A stretch of DNA of 64,000 bases from Chiloscyllium plagiosum (GCF_004010195.1 NC_057717.1:99903633-99967632); one strand, 5' to 3'; positions 39,412-52,206 are shown, numbered from the stretch's first letter. The notes: generated from the sequence alone by a model not told the origin. A program made the numbers and translations.

Positions 39412-41079
39412 CTAGATAGAATTAAGAATGGTGTAGAAGACAGATCAGAAGACAATCTCATTTGGATACAGGCTAAAATAAAACACAAGCCTAACGACAG
39501 GTATCTTTCATCTAATAGGCCAACCCAAACGAACAAGGACAGCACCCGATTGAATCCCAGTCTGTGCTGAGTTGGCTGATTTCAGTGGGTTTTACAAATT
39601 AGCCTCAGCTTCCCTAACATGGGCTTTACTACAGGATGGTGGACAACAGCAGTTCAAGAAGGCAGCTCACCGACACCTTCTCAAGGGGCAACTAGGGACG
39701 GCCGGGTAAATGTTAGCCAGCCAGGAATGCCCACTTCCCATGAATAAATAAAATAATGCCAACATGGGAAGTAGTTGTAGTGTAAACAGTTTGTAGTATT
39801 TTAGAACTGGCTTCATTCTATAGGCTACCCAAGAAATAGAGGAGGAAATTCACAGAGAATTTACCGAGTACCATAAGCTACAGAATAATTATAGTGGGAG
39901 AACTTTATTACTCGAACATAGGCATGGGTAGAAGCGACGTAAAGGGCAGAGTGGGTCATGAATTCCTGAATGTGTTCGGGAGAATTTTCTGAATCAATAT
40001 GTTTTTGACACAATGAGAACTTATTTATGGATCTGAATTGAAAGGAGAATTGCTCCCCCACCTCCAAAATTCCAAGCCCAGAAATTTCAGACAGCAAGAA
40101 TATTAAAAACACTCTTTCAGTTAATTCCCCTACACCCATCACCTCTTGTGTTTGTTGGATTGGGTCAGAGCTTTGGCTATAGGTACTGCCTTTGTATCCA
40201 AATCCAAATATTGTCTCTCAACTCCCTTTTTGCAATCTCCCTACAAACACAGAGTCTGGCTTCCCCATGCCCAATTACTGTGCTCCACCAACAGAGGCCA
40301 TCCCTTCAGCTGCCCAAGCTTGGCTCTACGCTATGGAATTCCATCTTTAAATATCATTTCTCCACTTCGCGTTCTCCTGCTTAAATAGGTACTGGTGAAA
40401 ACAAACCTCTCGTTTGGCCAATGGTATTGTAATTTCCTTCTTTAGGCAATTTTTGTCTGACTAAGTTCCTACAGTGAGCTTTGGTTATGTTTTATTTCAG
40501 TAAAAAAAGCTTTGTTTAATTAACTACTTGCATTTAAACAATGTTGGTCACATGACTCTGTGTCATCCCTGTATGAATGGGTTTGAATCCCATTCCAGGC
40601 CTTGTTTGGCCAAAGAAGATGCATTCATAACACGGCCAAACAGGTTCAGTCCGATCTGTAAATCCTTCCAAAGTACCTCATTGGCAGGCAGTAAGAGTGG
40701 GAGAGAATCCTGGTCAGTCTTGAGGTGGAAGGAAATTGGAACCTCCCCCATTAAAAATCCATAACTCCAGCCTACAACGCACACATTACAACCGCAGGAT
40801 TCCTCAGACTCCTTGCTGAGATTTTCTCAGTCAGGTAGTCTTGTTGGACAGATTAGTGCCAACAGCACAGGGTTCAATCCCTGGTTGGGCTGAGATGGAT
40901 TTGTTACCTGCCCTCGAGGCCAAAACACTGAACGTTTCAAGAAGAAGATAGCTGTGGTTCTCAGGGCTAAAGGGACCAAAAGGGTTTGGGGGACAAAGCG
41001 GGAACAGGGGACGGAGTTGGATGATCAGCCACGATCACATTGAATGGTGCAGCAGGCTCGAAGGGTCGAATGGCCTACT

Positions 41080-41690
41080 CTTCGGAAAACATCTCAGAAC
41101 TAACAGCCAGACTTCTCTGACCACTGGGATTCATGACAGTCATGCTCAGACAACTCCTCACCGGAACAAAAGACCCATCATGTGCAACTTACAGGATTCC
41201 ATGCAAAGACTGTATGAAACCCTATATAGGACAAACAGGCAGACAACTAGCAATCCGCATCCACAAACACCAACTAGCCACTAAACGCCATGACAAGCTG
41301 TCCCTGGTAGCCAAACGTACATATGACTAGGACCACAAATTCGACTCGGACAACCCAACGATCATCGGACCATGCTAAACAAAAGGACAGCCAGGGAATT
41401 TCTAGAGGCGTGGCACTCATCCACAGATTCCATTAACAAACACATTGACCTGCTCGCAATATACTGGCCTTTACAAACAATATCTGGAATGGGCAACCAA
41501 AAGCAGCAGGAATGGAACCAAATAACTTCCAGAAGACACAGCACAGCAGCGCTTCACAGGAAGCTCCAAAGCACTGAGGATGTCACCGAGACAGGAGACA
41601 AAATGTCTGCAAATCAACTTCCCAGCTCAGCGAGCATACCCACAACCACGGCAACCGGCACCCGATCTAAAAATCTTTACACAAACCTCT
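41080..41690 (+). mobile_element. Penelope-like element 3' part (GIY-YIG endonuclease; Poseidon/Penelope-type)
   Basis: YRIPCKDCMKPYIGQTGRQLAIRIHKHQLA...REFLEAWHS..SINKHIDL. Degenerate hammerhead ctgaggatgtcaccgagacaggagacaaaatgtc at about 41573-41606. Inserted in a CR1 tail with gg(c/t)ctactc duplicated. Confidence 0.85.
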
Positions 41691-41714
41691 AAGGTCTACT
41701 CCTGTTTCTGGATG

Positions 41715-41900
41715 TAGCGCAGCAGGTCAGACAGCATCCGGAGAGCAGGAAAATCTTATGTTTTGGGTCAAAATGCCCTCCTCAGTCGAAACGTTGACTG
41801 TCCTACTCCTCGGATGCTGTCTGAGCGGCTGTGTTTTTCCAGCTCCACATCTATTGACTCTGGCTCCCAGCATTTGCAGTCCTTACAGTCTCCTACTGCT
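41715..41900. mobile_element. Inverted-repeat PLE-derived short element
   Basis: tcagacagcatccggagagcagga... pairs with ...tcctactcctcggatgctgtctga, with partial hammerhead cores at the centre. Confidence 0.6.
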
Positions 41901-42126
41901 GTTCCTACTTTCTAGGTGTCTATGTTTCCTTCCTCTGCCTGTGAAGGTGGTGGGTTGGGACTGGTCTTTAAAAAGAGAAGAATGATAGACCAAACTGCTG
42001 AGGCTCTGGGAGTGGGATTGTTAAACATTGAAATCCCACAACGAGGGGGAATGCCTTGGGGACACATGACAACAAACGGAAGAATCGAGTGCAAACCAAT
42101 CCACAGCCTCAGGTCAAACTCCACAC

Positions 42127-42270
42127 CTTCATTTCGGTTTGCCAGAAGAATTCTTGGCATCAGCTTTGATTGGCAATACTGGCGGAAAGTGTCTCGAATG
42201 AGAATTTCTTCTTCAGTCAGCTGACTTTCCAGGTTCAGAGGATCACGCCAGTCAAACTGGACCTTAGGCA
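42127..42270 (-). CDS. GCDH: GCDH exon (144 nt)
   Basis: [47 protein letters not shown]. Confidence 0.97.
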
Positions 42271-42528
42271 CTGTGGGGGAGAAAAAAGACAAATTTTTAA
42301 AAAATACCCAAACAAACCTTGTGACCGAATTTGACATTAACGCAGGGGTTAAGTACTCATCTTTACAACCCTGGTTAACTCCTACCATCTGCGGTTTCTT
42401 AACCCATGAATGCACTGCTCAAATTTAATTGGGAGCATACCATTGCTCTGAATACAATGCAGAAGAAGGACTAAAGTGTAAAGTGCACAAAAGAACATCA
42501 GTGCAATAAACTGCAAATCTCAACTTAC

Positions 42529-42567
42529 ATTTGGTCATTTTCTGCTCTTCCACCTTTTCATCTTTCT
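42529..42567 (-). CDS. GCDH: GCDH small exon (39 nt)
   Basis: tttacAG|AG AAA GAT...AAA T|GTAAGT, (E)KDEKVEEQKMTK(L). Phase 1-1, in the position of the recalled 36-nt human exon. Confidence 0.85.
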
Positions 42568-44036
42568 CTGTAAAGTGGGACAAAGAGGTAATTTCAGTAG
42601 CGAGTTCTGAACGGTTGTGGACTCCTGTACCATTATGAATTCTTAACCTTTATATAAGCTGTATCATTGACGTCGCTTCCTGCTAAAAATAAACTCCATG
42701 TTTGAGCAATGGAGGTGTAGCCAAAGGCCAATCTATGTGCTTTGAGAAGTTAGACATTTTGTAGAACCGACCTGGTGATCAAACATGATCGTAGCCCAGA
42801 AATGGCATCTATTTTTCATTGGGTGCGGGCATCAGTGGCGAGGGCGATGTTTATTTCCTCTCCCTAATCCCCTTCTGGAAGGTGGTGATGGGCTACCTTC
42901 TTGAACCACTGGGTGTAGATAGACCCACGGTGCTCTTAAGGAATGCATTCCAGAATTTTCACTGACTAGAGTCTGAGAATCCAGATGAATCTAATTGCAG
43001 GTACTCATGCCATTTCTTTGGATAGAAAACCCCAGCCTATCCCCTCAACCAGGTACAAAGAGTAGGTGTAATCTTACTCATTGTAGCTTTGCTCCAAAGA
43101 AATCATGCACAGTTTTGTTATTTAGTTATTGGACACAACTGAACTGGGTCTTCTAAGTAAGGAAGCGCTTTACGTTCTGCTGCTGTTGAAACCATCAGGC
43201 AAAAAAAGTTAAAAAGAAATCTCAATCTGTTCCTGAGTTGTTACAGTTCACAACTGACAATTCCACTGACCTCAGTACCAGCAGCACAATGTTCTTGCTA
43301 CGTGGCTACAGCTTAAATTGCAGTTTACAATGGCAATGTTTGCACCTTTTGAGAGGCAGACTACTTCCTTCAGTTTTAAAGAGCAAAAGATGAACCTCAA
43401 AATCAGAACTGCACCAGCCTCAACATCTTAATATAGAGATTAATACAGGTTATCCGCAATTCGATTAACCGAGGGAAATACTCCCCACCCACGTCCTTCC
43501 GATAATCGAGCTTCCTCTGTATGCAAAATCAAATGTCCTCAATATGTTGGATGGAGTTTGTAAAACTCAGGGAGCCATCAGGTACATTGCTCAGGGAAAC
43601 TCTGGGAAGGGGAGAGTGAAAATGGATAATTGTAATTAACGTGCACATGTAACGAATTGGACTCTCTTTGAGCTGGCAATCAGAATTGTAGGTTCTGGCT
43701 AATAGTGAAGAATTAATAACCACAGGTACCTTGATCCCCATATCCTTTCGAGGCATCAAGTGTTAAGAGCAATTTAAGAGATTTCAAAAGAATTATCAAA
43801 TCTGATGAATGTACTAGATTTCTGTGGTTCTGAGAGTTTACTGGTGATGGCACTGAGTGAACAAACAATATTTAAATCAAATTTCATTGTAAAGATCACA
43901 ACTAGATCACACGTGGTAAAGATCACCTCTCGATCTTTCTCTACACCTTCTCTGTAGCTGTAACACTATATTCTGCATTCTGTTCTATTACCCTGATGTA
44001 CTTCTGTAAGGTATTTGTCTGGATAGCATGCAAAAC

Positions 44037-44256
44037 AATACTTTTCACTGGGAAAGCTCAGCAGGTCTGACAGCATCTGTGAAGAGAAATCAGAGATAAC
44101 GTTTTGGGCCCGGTGACCCTTCCTCAGAATCTGTTGATGCTGATTTCCCTTCACAGATGCTGCCAGACTTGCTGAGCTTTTCCAGCAACTTCTGTTTTTG
44201 TTTCTGATTTACAGCATCCTGCAGTTCTTTTGGTGTTTATTGTAATACTTTTCACT
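44037..44256. mobile_element. Inverted-repeat PLE-derived element with 13-bp TSD in a Rex1-like tail
   Basis: TSD aatacttttcact at 44037-44049 and 44244-44256. Arms aaagctcagcaggtctgacagcatctgtgaag / cttcacagatgctgccagacttgctgagcttt. Confidence 0.8.
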
Positions 44257-44289
44257 ACAGTACATGTAGTATCTCAGTACATGTGATAA

Positions 44290-44570
44290 TGAGATCAGAT
44301 TCCCTACAGTGTGGAAACAGGCCCTTCGGCCCAACAAGTCCACACCGACCCTCCAAAGAGTAACCCATCCCCTAGACCCATTTCCCCCTGACTTATGCAC
44401 CTAACACTGTGGGCAATTTAGCATGGCCAATTCACCTGCCCTGCACATCTTTGGACTGTGGGAGGAAACCCATGCAGACATGGGGAGAATGTGCAAACTC
44501 CACACAGACAGTCGCCCGAGGCTGGAATAGAACCTGGGACCCTGGTGCTGTGAGACAGCAGTGCTAACAA
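44290..44570 (-). mobile_element. HE1-like SINE
   Basis: Same family as 31122-31441, reverse complement. Confidence 0.85.
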
Positions 44571-44655
44571 TGATAAACCAAATCAATCCAACCACTACCC
44601 AATCAAATGGATGGGTGTATAAAATTAAAAGAGGCATAGGTAGGGTGGACAGGAA

Positions 44656-44890
44656 GAAACTGTTTCCCCTTGATGGAGGGGAGAATGACCAGAGGACGTA
44701 GCGTTAAGGTAAGGGGCAGGAAGAAACTTTTTTTTTTCCCCACCCAGAGAGTTGTGGGAATCTGGAACTCGCTGAAACTGTTTCCCCTTGATGGAGGGGA
44801 GAATGACCAGAGGACGTAGCGTTAAGGTAAGGGGCAGGAAGAAACTTTTTTTTTCCCCACCCAGAGAGTTGTGGGAATCTGGAACTCGCT
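44656..44890 (+). repeat. About 118-bp tandem duplication inside a CR1 fragment
   Basis: 44656-44773 is repeated at 44774-44890, differing only in homopolymer length. Confidence 0.9.
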
Positions 44891-47632
44891 GCCTGTCAGG
44901 GTGGTAGATGCAGAAATCCTCATAACATTGCGATGCATTTGCGATGCCAATGCTGTGGACCAAATGCTGAAAAATGGGACTAGAACAGGTGGTCACTTTT
45001 GACCAATGTGGATGTGATAGGCTTTGTTCTGTGCTGTTAAGCTGTTCCTGTCAAGGTGGTGAAATGTTAAAATCTCCATGTCCTACGAGAACAAATCTAC
45101 AGGCCAAGGTAAGTTTCAATAAATGTTTAAGCAGTTAGATTACTCATTCACAACATGGATTTTATTTTAGACTGACCAAGTGACTCTACAGCAAAAATAA
45201 ATGTCAAAGTAGAATTGGTGACTTTTTTTTTTAAATTGTTGCTTTCATTCCAGGAGATGACACTGCAGTATCCCACAAAAAGTCACTTTTAACTGGTTGA
45301 CTTACACACACATTAGCTATTAAACTGGCATTTAAGTTAGACTGAGAATTAGAAATTCTTCCCTATTGGGTAAAATTAGCTGGTGCTCATAGATTAGATA
45401 TCAGACTTCCATTACTGGGGCCTGGATTCAAACCCAACCCAAGATTCCTTGATCTGTTCACACCATGTACGAGGGCAAGTCTGGGCAACCTGAATCTAAT
45501 AATGGCACAAAGCGGTCTGAGTTAAAAGAGGCCATGACACAGGCTGTGTGGCATTTGGAAAAATATCAACGATGTTGAACAGCAGTGTTACAATGCAGGG
45601 ATAACTAACTCAGTCCATCATACTTATATTTGTATCTGTTTTAAAATGAACCACCTCGGTTAATCCAGTTTGCTCAAATAAAAACTGCATATTCCCCTAA
45701 TGGAAACTAGATAGTTTCCCTGGAATAGCATATGGAATGCTGTTCCAATAATGGTTTGCGGCTGCAAGTTCCTCATTCGAGAAAACCATTTTTCACTTCC
45801 CCTTTCCTAATTTGCTTTCTTCCTACTAATTGCTTTCACAGATGGGTCAAGACAACAATTTCTTTTCATTTACAGTGTCATAAGACAACAAGATGTTGGA
45901 GCAGAAGTCGGCCACTGGGCCCATCAAGCCTAGTGTAAACTGGAAGACTTCTATCAGGTCACTTTGTAACTTTTGAGTTTCTATGAAAAAGGAAAAACAT
46001 CTGAAGGGTCACTGGACTCGAACTGTTAACTCTGCATCCTCACCACAGATGCTGCCCGACCTGTTGAGTTTCTCCAACAATTTCTGTTTATGTGCCCAAC
46101 TTCTTTGTACCTCACTTCCTTCGACCCTGAATCATCCAACTGAACCGACACTGTGCCTCTTGTATTGTTTTCATATCAACAATAGCGTTTTCAAAATTGC
46201 ACCCAGGAGGCAGACCCTGCCACTGGTTCAGCATCACCTCTTTTTTTATTCTGTACTCCAGCATGCAACGCAAAAGATTGATTCATTTTTTTAAAAAATT
46301 GACTCATCAACTCATTGATTCATCCTACATTTAATAACACACAATAAGGAGGGCTTGACAGGATTGTAGCTAAAACGTTGATTATGCCTGGAGAGTCCAG
46401 AACAACGGGACTTTGTCTCAGGATAAAGGGTCCACCATTTACGACGGAAATGAGAAATTTCTTAGAGTCATAGAGATGTACAGCATGGAAACAGACCCTT
46501 CAGTCCAATTTGTCCATGCCGACCAGATATCCTGAGCTTTGAAGTTCTCTACCCGAGATCTCAGTTGTTAAGTTCAAGATCGGGACTGTTACATTTTTGG
46601 ACTTTAAAGGAGTGAAGAGATCAGCTGGAAACATAGCCTTGGGGACAATGATCAGCCATAATCTTACTGATTGATAGAGGGTCTCATGCAAGTCGAAAAG
46701 TGGTGACAAAGGTTTTTGTTTTGAAGTGATACTCACATTTACAGTTTAAAAACACACACTTCTTGTTTCTGAGTTCCAAATTAAGTGACTTGACATTGTC
46801 ACCACAATGGAGGTTTCTTCTTGTGGGAAGAAACAGAACGAGGGCACTATTTACAAATAAGGCCACTCCCATTCAAAGGCAGAGATAGACATATATTTTT
46901 CTTTCAGAGGATGTGTGTAAATAGTTACAAGCTTTGGGTTACGCCAGTAGGACAGACATGTCTGCCTGTCTAACTTCTGCCTTTTCTAGTTAATTCTGTT
47001 CATACACACACGTGTAGGTAAGGAGGGAATAGTGGACGGAATTCTCCAAACTTGGTGGAATCCCCACCTGCAAGAAAAAGCAAAACAAGCAGCTGCAAAT
47101 TGCTTAATATGTCAAAAGCATAATCCCAAGAAAGGAGTATAGTGTCCACCAGGTGCAACTCCCTTGTCATGTGCTCCTTTTGAAAATATCCAGTTAGATT
47201 TTATCAAGTTATCTAGATGTCATGATTATGAGTATTGCTGAGTGATAATCAATGTATTTAGTAAATGGATTGAAGCTTATCCCTGTACTGACTGCACAGC
47301 AACAACTACTTGTAAAATTCTACTAAGTGAAATCATACCCAGATTTGGAATACCAGTAACGGTCTCTTCCGATAATGGCCCCCACTTCTGTGCAGAGCTA
47401 AACAAGGCACCATGTAAGAGTTTGAATATGAACAAAAAATTCCATTGTGCCAACCATCCCCGAGCAACAGGAATTGTAGAAAGAGCCAACGGTACCCTAA
47501 AAGGTCGGCTAAGCAAGTTGGTCGAAGAAACGGGCCTTAATTGGCTGCAAGTACTCCCAATTGCTCTTTTTAATATGAGAACCATGACACAGAAAGACGG
47601 GATTCTCGGCGGCTGACCCGAGATTTGGACAA

Positions 47633-47732
47633 CCCCTGAAGAAGGGCTCATGCCCGAAACGTCGATTCTCCTTCTCCTTTGATGCTGCCTGACCTGCTGC
47701 GCTTTTCCAGCAACACATTTTTAAGCCCCTGA
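47633..47732 (+). mobile_element. 86-bp PLE-derived insertion in the ERV integrase, with hammerhead core
   Basis: TSD cccctga at 47633-47639 and 47726-47732. CTGAAGA-AGGGC TCAT GCCC-GAAACGTC. Removing it restores ...FGQPLRTPW. Confidence 0.85.
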
Positions 47733-49872
47733 GAACTCCCTGGTCTGCACGATTAACTGCCCAACACCCTGTTGATTTGCATGTCATGGCAGAAGAGATG
47801 CACAGGTACCTGATTAAGCTGACCAAAGCATTGCAGTCTTATCATCAACAGGTCAAAGAAGCCTATTGAGTACCAGGGAAGGAAGAAGAAAGAGCTCCAA
47901 TGTTTAAAGATATTAACCCTGGTGACTCTGTACTATTGAAAGACTTCAATCGTGAAAAATTTGGCCCCTGCTGGAAAGGTCGTTATCAAGTTCTTCTGAC
48001 AACTGAAACAGCAGTAAAAGTAGAAGGACGTTCAATATCGGTCTACAAAGGACATTGTAAGTTTGTATACCCCTCACAATCTTAGTGTTAGTACTGATAC
48101 AGGCATCCAATGAAACCCTAACCCAAGTACATGTGCCCAGATGTAACCAACTCTTCTGTGATATCTCAGACCGGCTAAAACTCCAATGTGACTGTATAAC
48201 TGAAACCTGTACTAATACCATTGGAAATCATGAATGCAGCTGCCCAGCTGAAACTCAAACTACTCATATTACGTATCCAAACATCACTCGTGACCTTATT
48301 GTCATCCTCGTAACACTTCCATGCTAGTCATCATGAGATGGCACAATTCCATAACCTCATCCGCTCCTTCAACCAAAAACTGTTACTTTGAAATGTTTGT
48401 TTGTTCCTCTCTCAAAATGAACCATACAGATGGCAGCATTCAGCACATAGTACCGAAATCACCAAACCCTAAGGCCCCAATGCCATGAGACTTATCACCC
48501 ACACCTTCTCGACAGAATCCTCTCCTAGCCAATCTACCGCCACTGACAGAAATACCTTTAACATGTTTCCTGTATTTAGTAGCTACTGTAATTAACAAGA
48601 CAAGCTGGAAAGATGAAGAAAGACCAAAAATACTATGCACTCCCCATCCTTCTTCTGTTACTAATGGTTTCTTTATTCAAACTAAATCTCCTAATCATGT
48701 GTTATCTGCTCACCCTATCATTCTGATGTACAGTGTATAAATAGGACTCACTCACTTATGCAATCCCTCATTTGTGATGGAGAACCCATTTAATAGCAGA
48801 AGCACGCCACTGTGTGAAGTGCACTAACAAACCTGAAGGATACAATGTTAACTTTGTTCCGCTGTTAGAATGGTGCATTGAAAGAACTTCTGGTACCCAT
48901 GACATAGGGCAAGTAAAGCAGCTCTCGCTCTGAGTGGACTCGTCATTCACTCACAGAAGTGCACCTTTGGAACTCCTTTTAGACTTCATTGACGATGCGA
49001 AAACAATGCCCACCCATATTTACCCAATGACTGCAACGGACGTTGTGGCCTGGTATACACCTTTTACCCTCCACCATGAAGTAGATAATGAATGGAACGC
49101 CCACCAACCCGTGAATCAGTATGGAACACAAAGTAAAGGAAAAACAAAACGGGACTGACACAACTTCTTCAATCAACAAACCGGCTGCTGGGAGGCCTTA
49201 TTCCTGGCTGGGGTGTTGAAATGGCCCGAGATCAGAAAGTGACCTTGTTTATAATGTCGAAAAACTTGCCAACTCAACAGCCCATGCTCTGAAACTGGTG
49301 AACAAAGAGTTACAGGAGACCCGGATGATGATGCTTCAGAATCGGCCAGTGCTAGATATCCTCCTTGCTAAAGAAGGAGGTACTTGTTCAGTCATTGGCC
49401 CGCAATATTGCACCTACATTGATGATTTCCCAAAAGACATTTTGGACAACACAGATGTTATCAACAAAACGGGTCAAGATGCAGGGAAGAAACCTGCCCC
49501 AGCATTGTCTGATTCATGTGGATGGGGTGTTACTTGCTGACTATGGCCGCTGTGCAGACGGATTGTGTGGGACATACTGATAATCCTTGGTCTCATCCTA
49601 GGAATATATATTGTCATCCGCTTATGCATGAAATGGACTGTACATTGCTTTTCACCTAAGCCAACGAGAAATCTGGTTAATCCACCCTTGTCTACCCCTG
49701 TACCTTCATGCCCGTAATTCCATGCTGAAATCTAGTATCTTTCAGACTCTGCTCCTCTGGATGATGACTCGCCAGAGGGGGTACTTGACTTATTGAGAAT
49801 ACAAATCGACTAAATGGACTAATTATACTTGTATAAGCTATGTAGTTGTCATGAAATGACAAAAGGAGGGAA

Positions 49873-50495
49873 TGAGCAAGTCTATAGCCTTAAAACTTGT
49901 CCTTAAACATTCAGACTAAAATGTAATGTTGAATTATAGAACACATTTGCTGCACACTAGAAAATAGGCAAGCAGGGAGGATAAGGCAATTAAGAACATT
50001 TTCCTTAACATCAGTGAGTCCATATAAACAGGACACCAAGTGATAACATTCACGGCTGTTCCTTTGTGAAATTAATAACAGTGTTTGATTCTGACCTCGA
50101 AACGAAACTTGATATCAACTAACTTCTCTCCCAAATTATTGTCCTTCACTGCTATCTGTCTAGTTAAGATTATACAGTGCTTTTGTAAACTTTTTGTGTA
50201 AAGGAAGCCTGTTTGTGACAGTACAGCAGAGTTGCCTGCCAGGGCTCTTAAAGGAAGAGCCATATTCTATCCTCCTGATTTATTAGGACCTAGTTAGTTT
50301 AGCTTACAGGTATCAATGTTATGTTGTAATAGTGATGCTATTGGTAAATAAAGGGGATGGCTAAAATTAAACTAAACTGTAAGAATTTTTTTATTCCAGA
50401 CTACCAAGAGTATGATCTCCATGATGAACCAAGAGAGGCTAATAGGTTGAGTCCACAAGGGATTGCCTGGGCCATCACAAATCTGTACTTTAACA
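49873..50495 (+). repeat. ERV 3' LTR
   Basis: Starts TG directly after the PPT and ends ...TTAACA at the flanking duplication. TATAAA at about 50023, AATAAA at 50347-50352. Confidence 0.65.
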
Positions 50496-50949
50496 GAACG
50501 AGGGACACTATTTACATAGAAGGCCGCTCCCATTCAAAGGCAGAGATAGACATATATTTTTCTTTCAGAGGATGTGGAGTGTGAGAATCTCTTCCCCAGA
50601 ATGGAAGAGGTGGGCCATTGAATATTTACAGGTCAGCTTCGACCAGAAGGATACTGGGGCTCCTACATTCTCGAGCCAAACATTATGGAGTGATCATCAT
50701 CACAGGAAAGGAAGTCATTTGTCCATTAAAGTGTTTTCAATATCTCTACCTAACTACTTTGCCATTTTAAAGCAGCCCCAGATTGAAATGAGCATCTAGG
50801 GGGTGATTTTAATTCAGTGCTGGTGGATGGCTCTTACTTTCGCAACCCCCCCCGACCTTTCTTTAAACCTTTACCTAAAGATACAATACAGGGATTGAAA
50901 GTTTGCACAAGAACAGAAATACCAGCCCCACTTCTCTATTCCAACACTT

Positions 50950-51653
50950 GGATGCGAGCATAAGAGGTCCAGTTAGTAAGTTTGCAGATGACACCAAANN
51001 NNNNNNNNNNNNNNNNNNNNNNNNNNNNNNNNNNNNNNNNNNNNNNNNNNNNNNNNNNNNNNNNNNNNNNNNNNNNNNNNNNNNNNNNNNNNNNNNNNNN
51101 NNNNNNNNNNNNNNNNNNNNNNNNNNNNNNNNNNNNNNNNNNNNNNNNNNNNNNNNNNNNNNNNNNNNNNNNNNNNNNNNNNAAAGATGTTGCCAGGGTT
51201 GGAGGATCTGAGCTATAGGGAGAAGCTGAACAGACTGGGGCTGTTTTCCCTGGAGCATCAGAGGCTGAGGAGTGACCTTATAGAGGTTTACAAAATTATG
51301 AGGGGCATGGATAAGATAAATAGGCAAAGTCTTTTCCCTGGGGTGGGGGAATCCAGAACTAGAGGGCATAGGTTTAGGATGAGAGGGGAAAGATATAAAA
51401 GAGACTCAAGGGGCAACGTTTTCACGCAGAGGGTAGTACGTGTATGGAATGAGCTACCAGAGGATGTGATGGAGGCTGGTACAATTGCAACATTTAAGAG
51501 GCATTTGAATGGGTATATGAATAGGAAGGGTTTAGAGGGATATGGGCCGGGTGCTGGCAGGTGGGACTAGAATGGGTTGGGATATCTGGTCGCCATGGAC
51601 GGGTTGGACCGAAGGGTCTGTTTCCGTGCTGTACATCTCTATGACTCTATGAC
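50950..51653 (+). mobile_element. Young CR1 LINE 3' portion (gap 50999-51182)
   Basis: SKFADDTK; uninterrupted ORF 51187-51570 (RLRSDLIEVYKIMRG...QRVVRVWNELPE); (CTCTATGA)n tail. Confidence 0.92.
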
Positions 51654-52206
51654 CTCTTTTCAAAACGTGTGTGTCTTTGGTGCCACATCTGAGCGTTTTA
51701 TTTAATCTGGGTGTCACTGGCAAGGTCAACATTTACTGACTGGCTTGCTCGGCCATTTCAGAAGACAGTTAGGAGTCAACCACATTTGCTGTGGGTATGG
51801 AGCCACATGTAGGTTAAACTGGGCAAGTTTATTCACATATTCAAGTGAATCAGGTGGGTTTTTTTTTAAAATGGCAGTCGATTGTCACCGTTATCGAAAG
51901 TAGCTTTTACATTCCCGTTACTATTTAACTAAGTTAAATGTCATCCGCTTTTTATGGCGGGGGGTGTAGGTATCGGAATTGCATCCCTATTGCGTAACCT
52001 CTGGCCTCTGGATGACCATTGACGTGACCGCATGCCACCAACTCCCAACCATCTGGGTGATTATAAAAAGAGAAATATGATTCCACGCTTGTCGAGGTCT
52101 TAGTACCTTCTACCGCCCCCGACTACGAGCAAAGTTACATAACAGTGTCTAAGAATAAACGACCTCGTCACTTTAAGCGAGGCAGCGCTTTATATAGGTA
52201 ATGGGT

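Larger units (their letters stand above)
46916..50495 (+). mobile_element. 5'-truncated class-I (gamma/epsilon-like) endogenous retrovirus: integrase, env, PPT, 3' LTR
   Basis: Integrase: zinc-finger Cys pair (CLICQKHN), catalytic residues in QLDF, SSDNGPHF and VERANG, and C-terminal PGDSVLLK...WKGRYQVLLTT. Env TM: LQNRPVLDILLAKEGGTCSVIGPQYCTYI and a membrane anchor. PPT AAAAGGAGGGAA at 49861-49872. Multiple stops and frameshifts. Confidence 0.9.
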
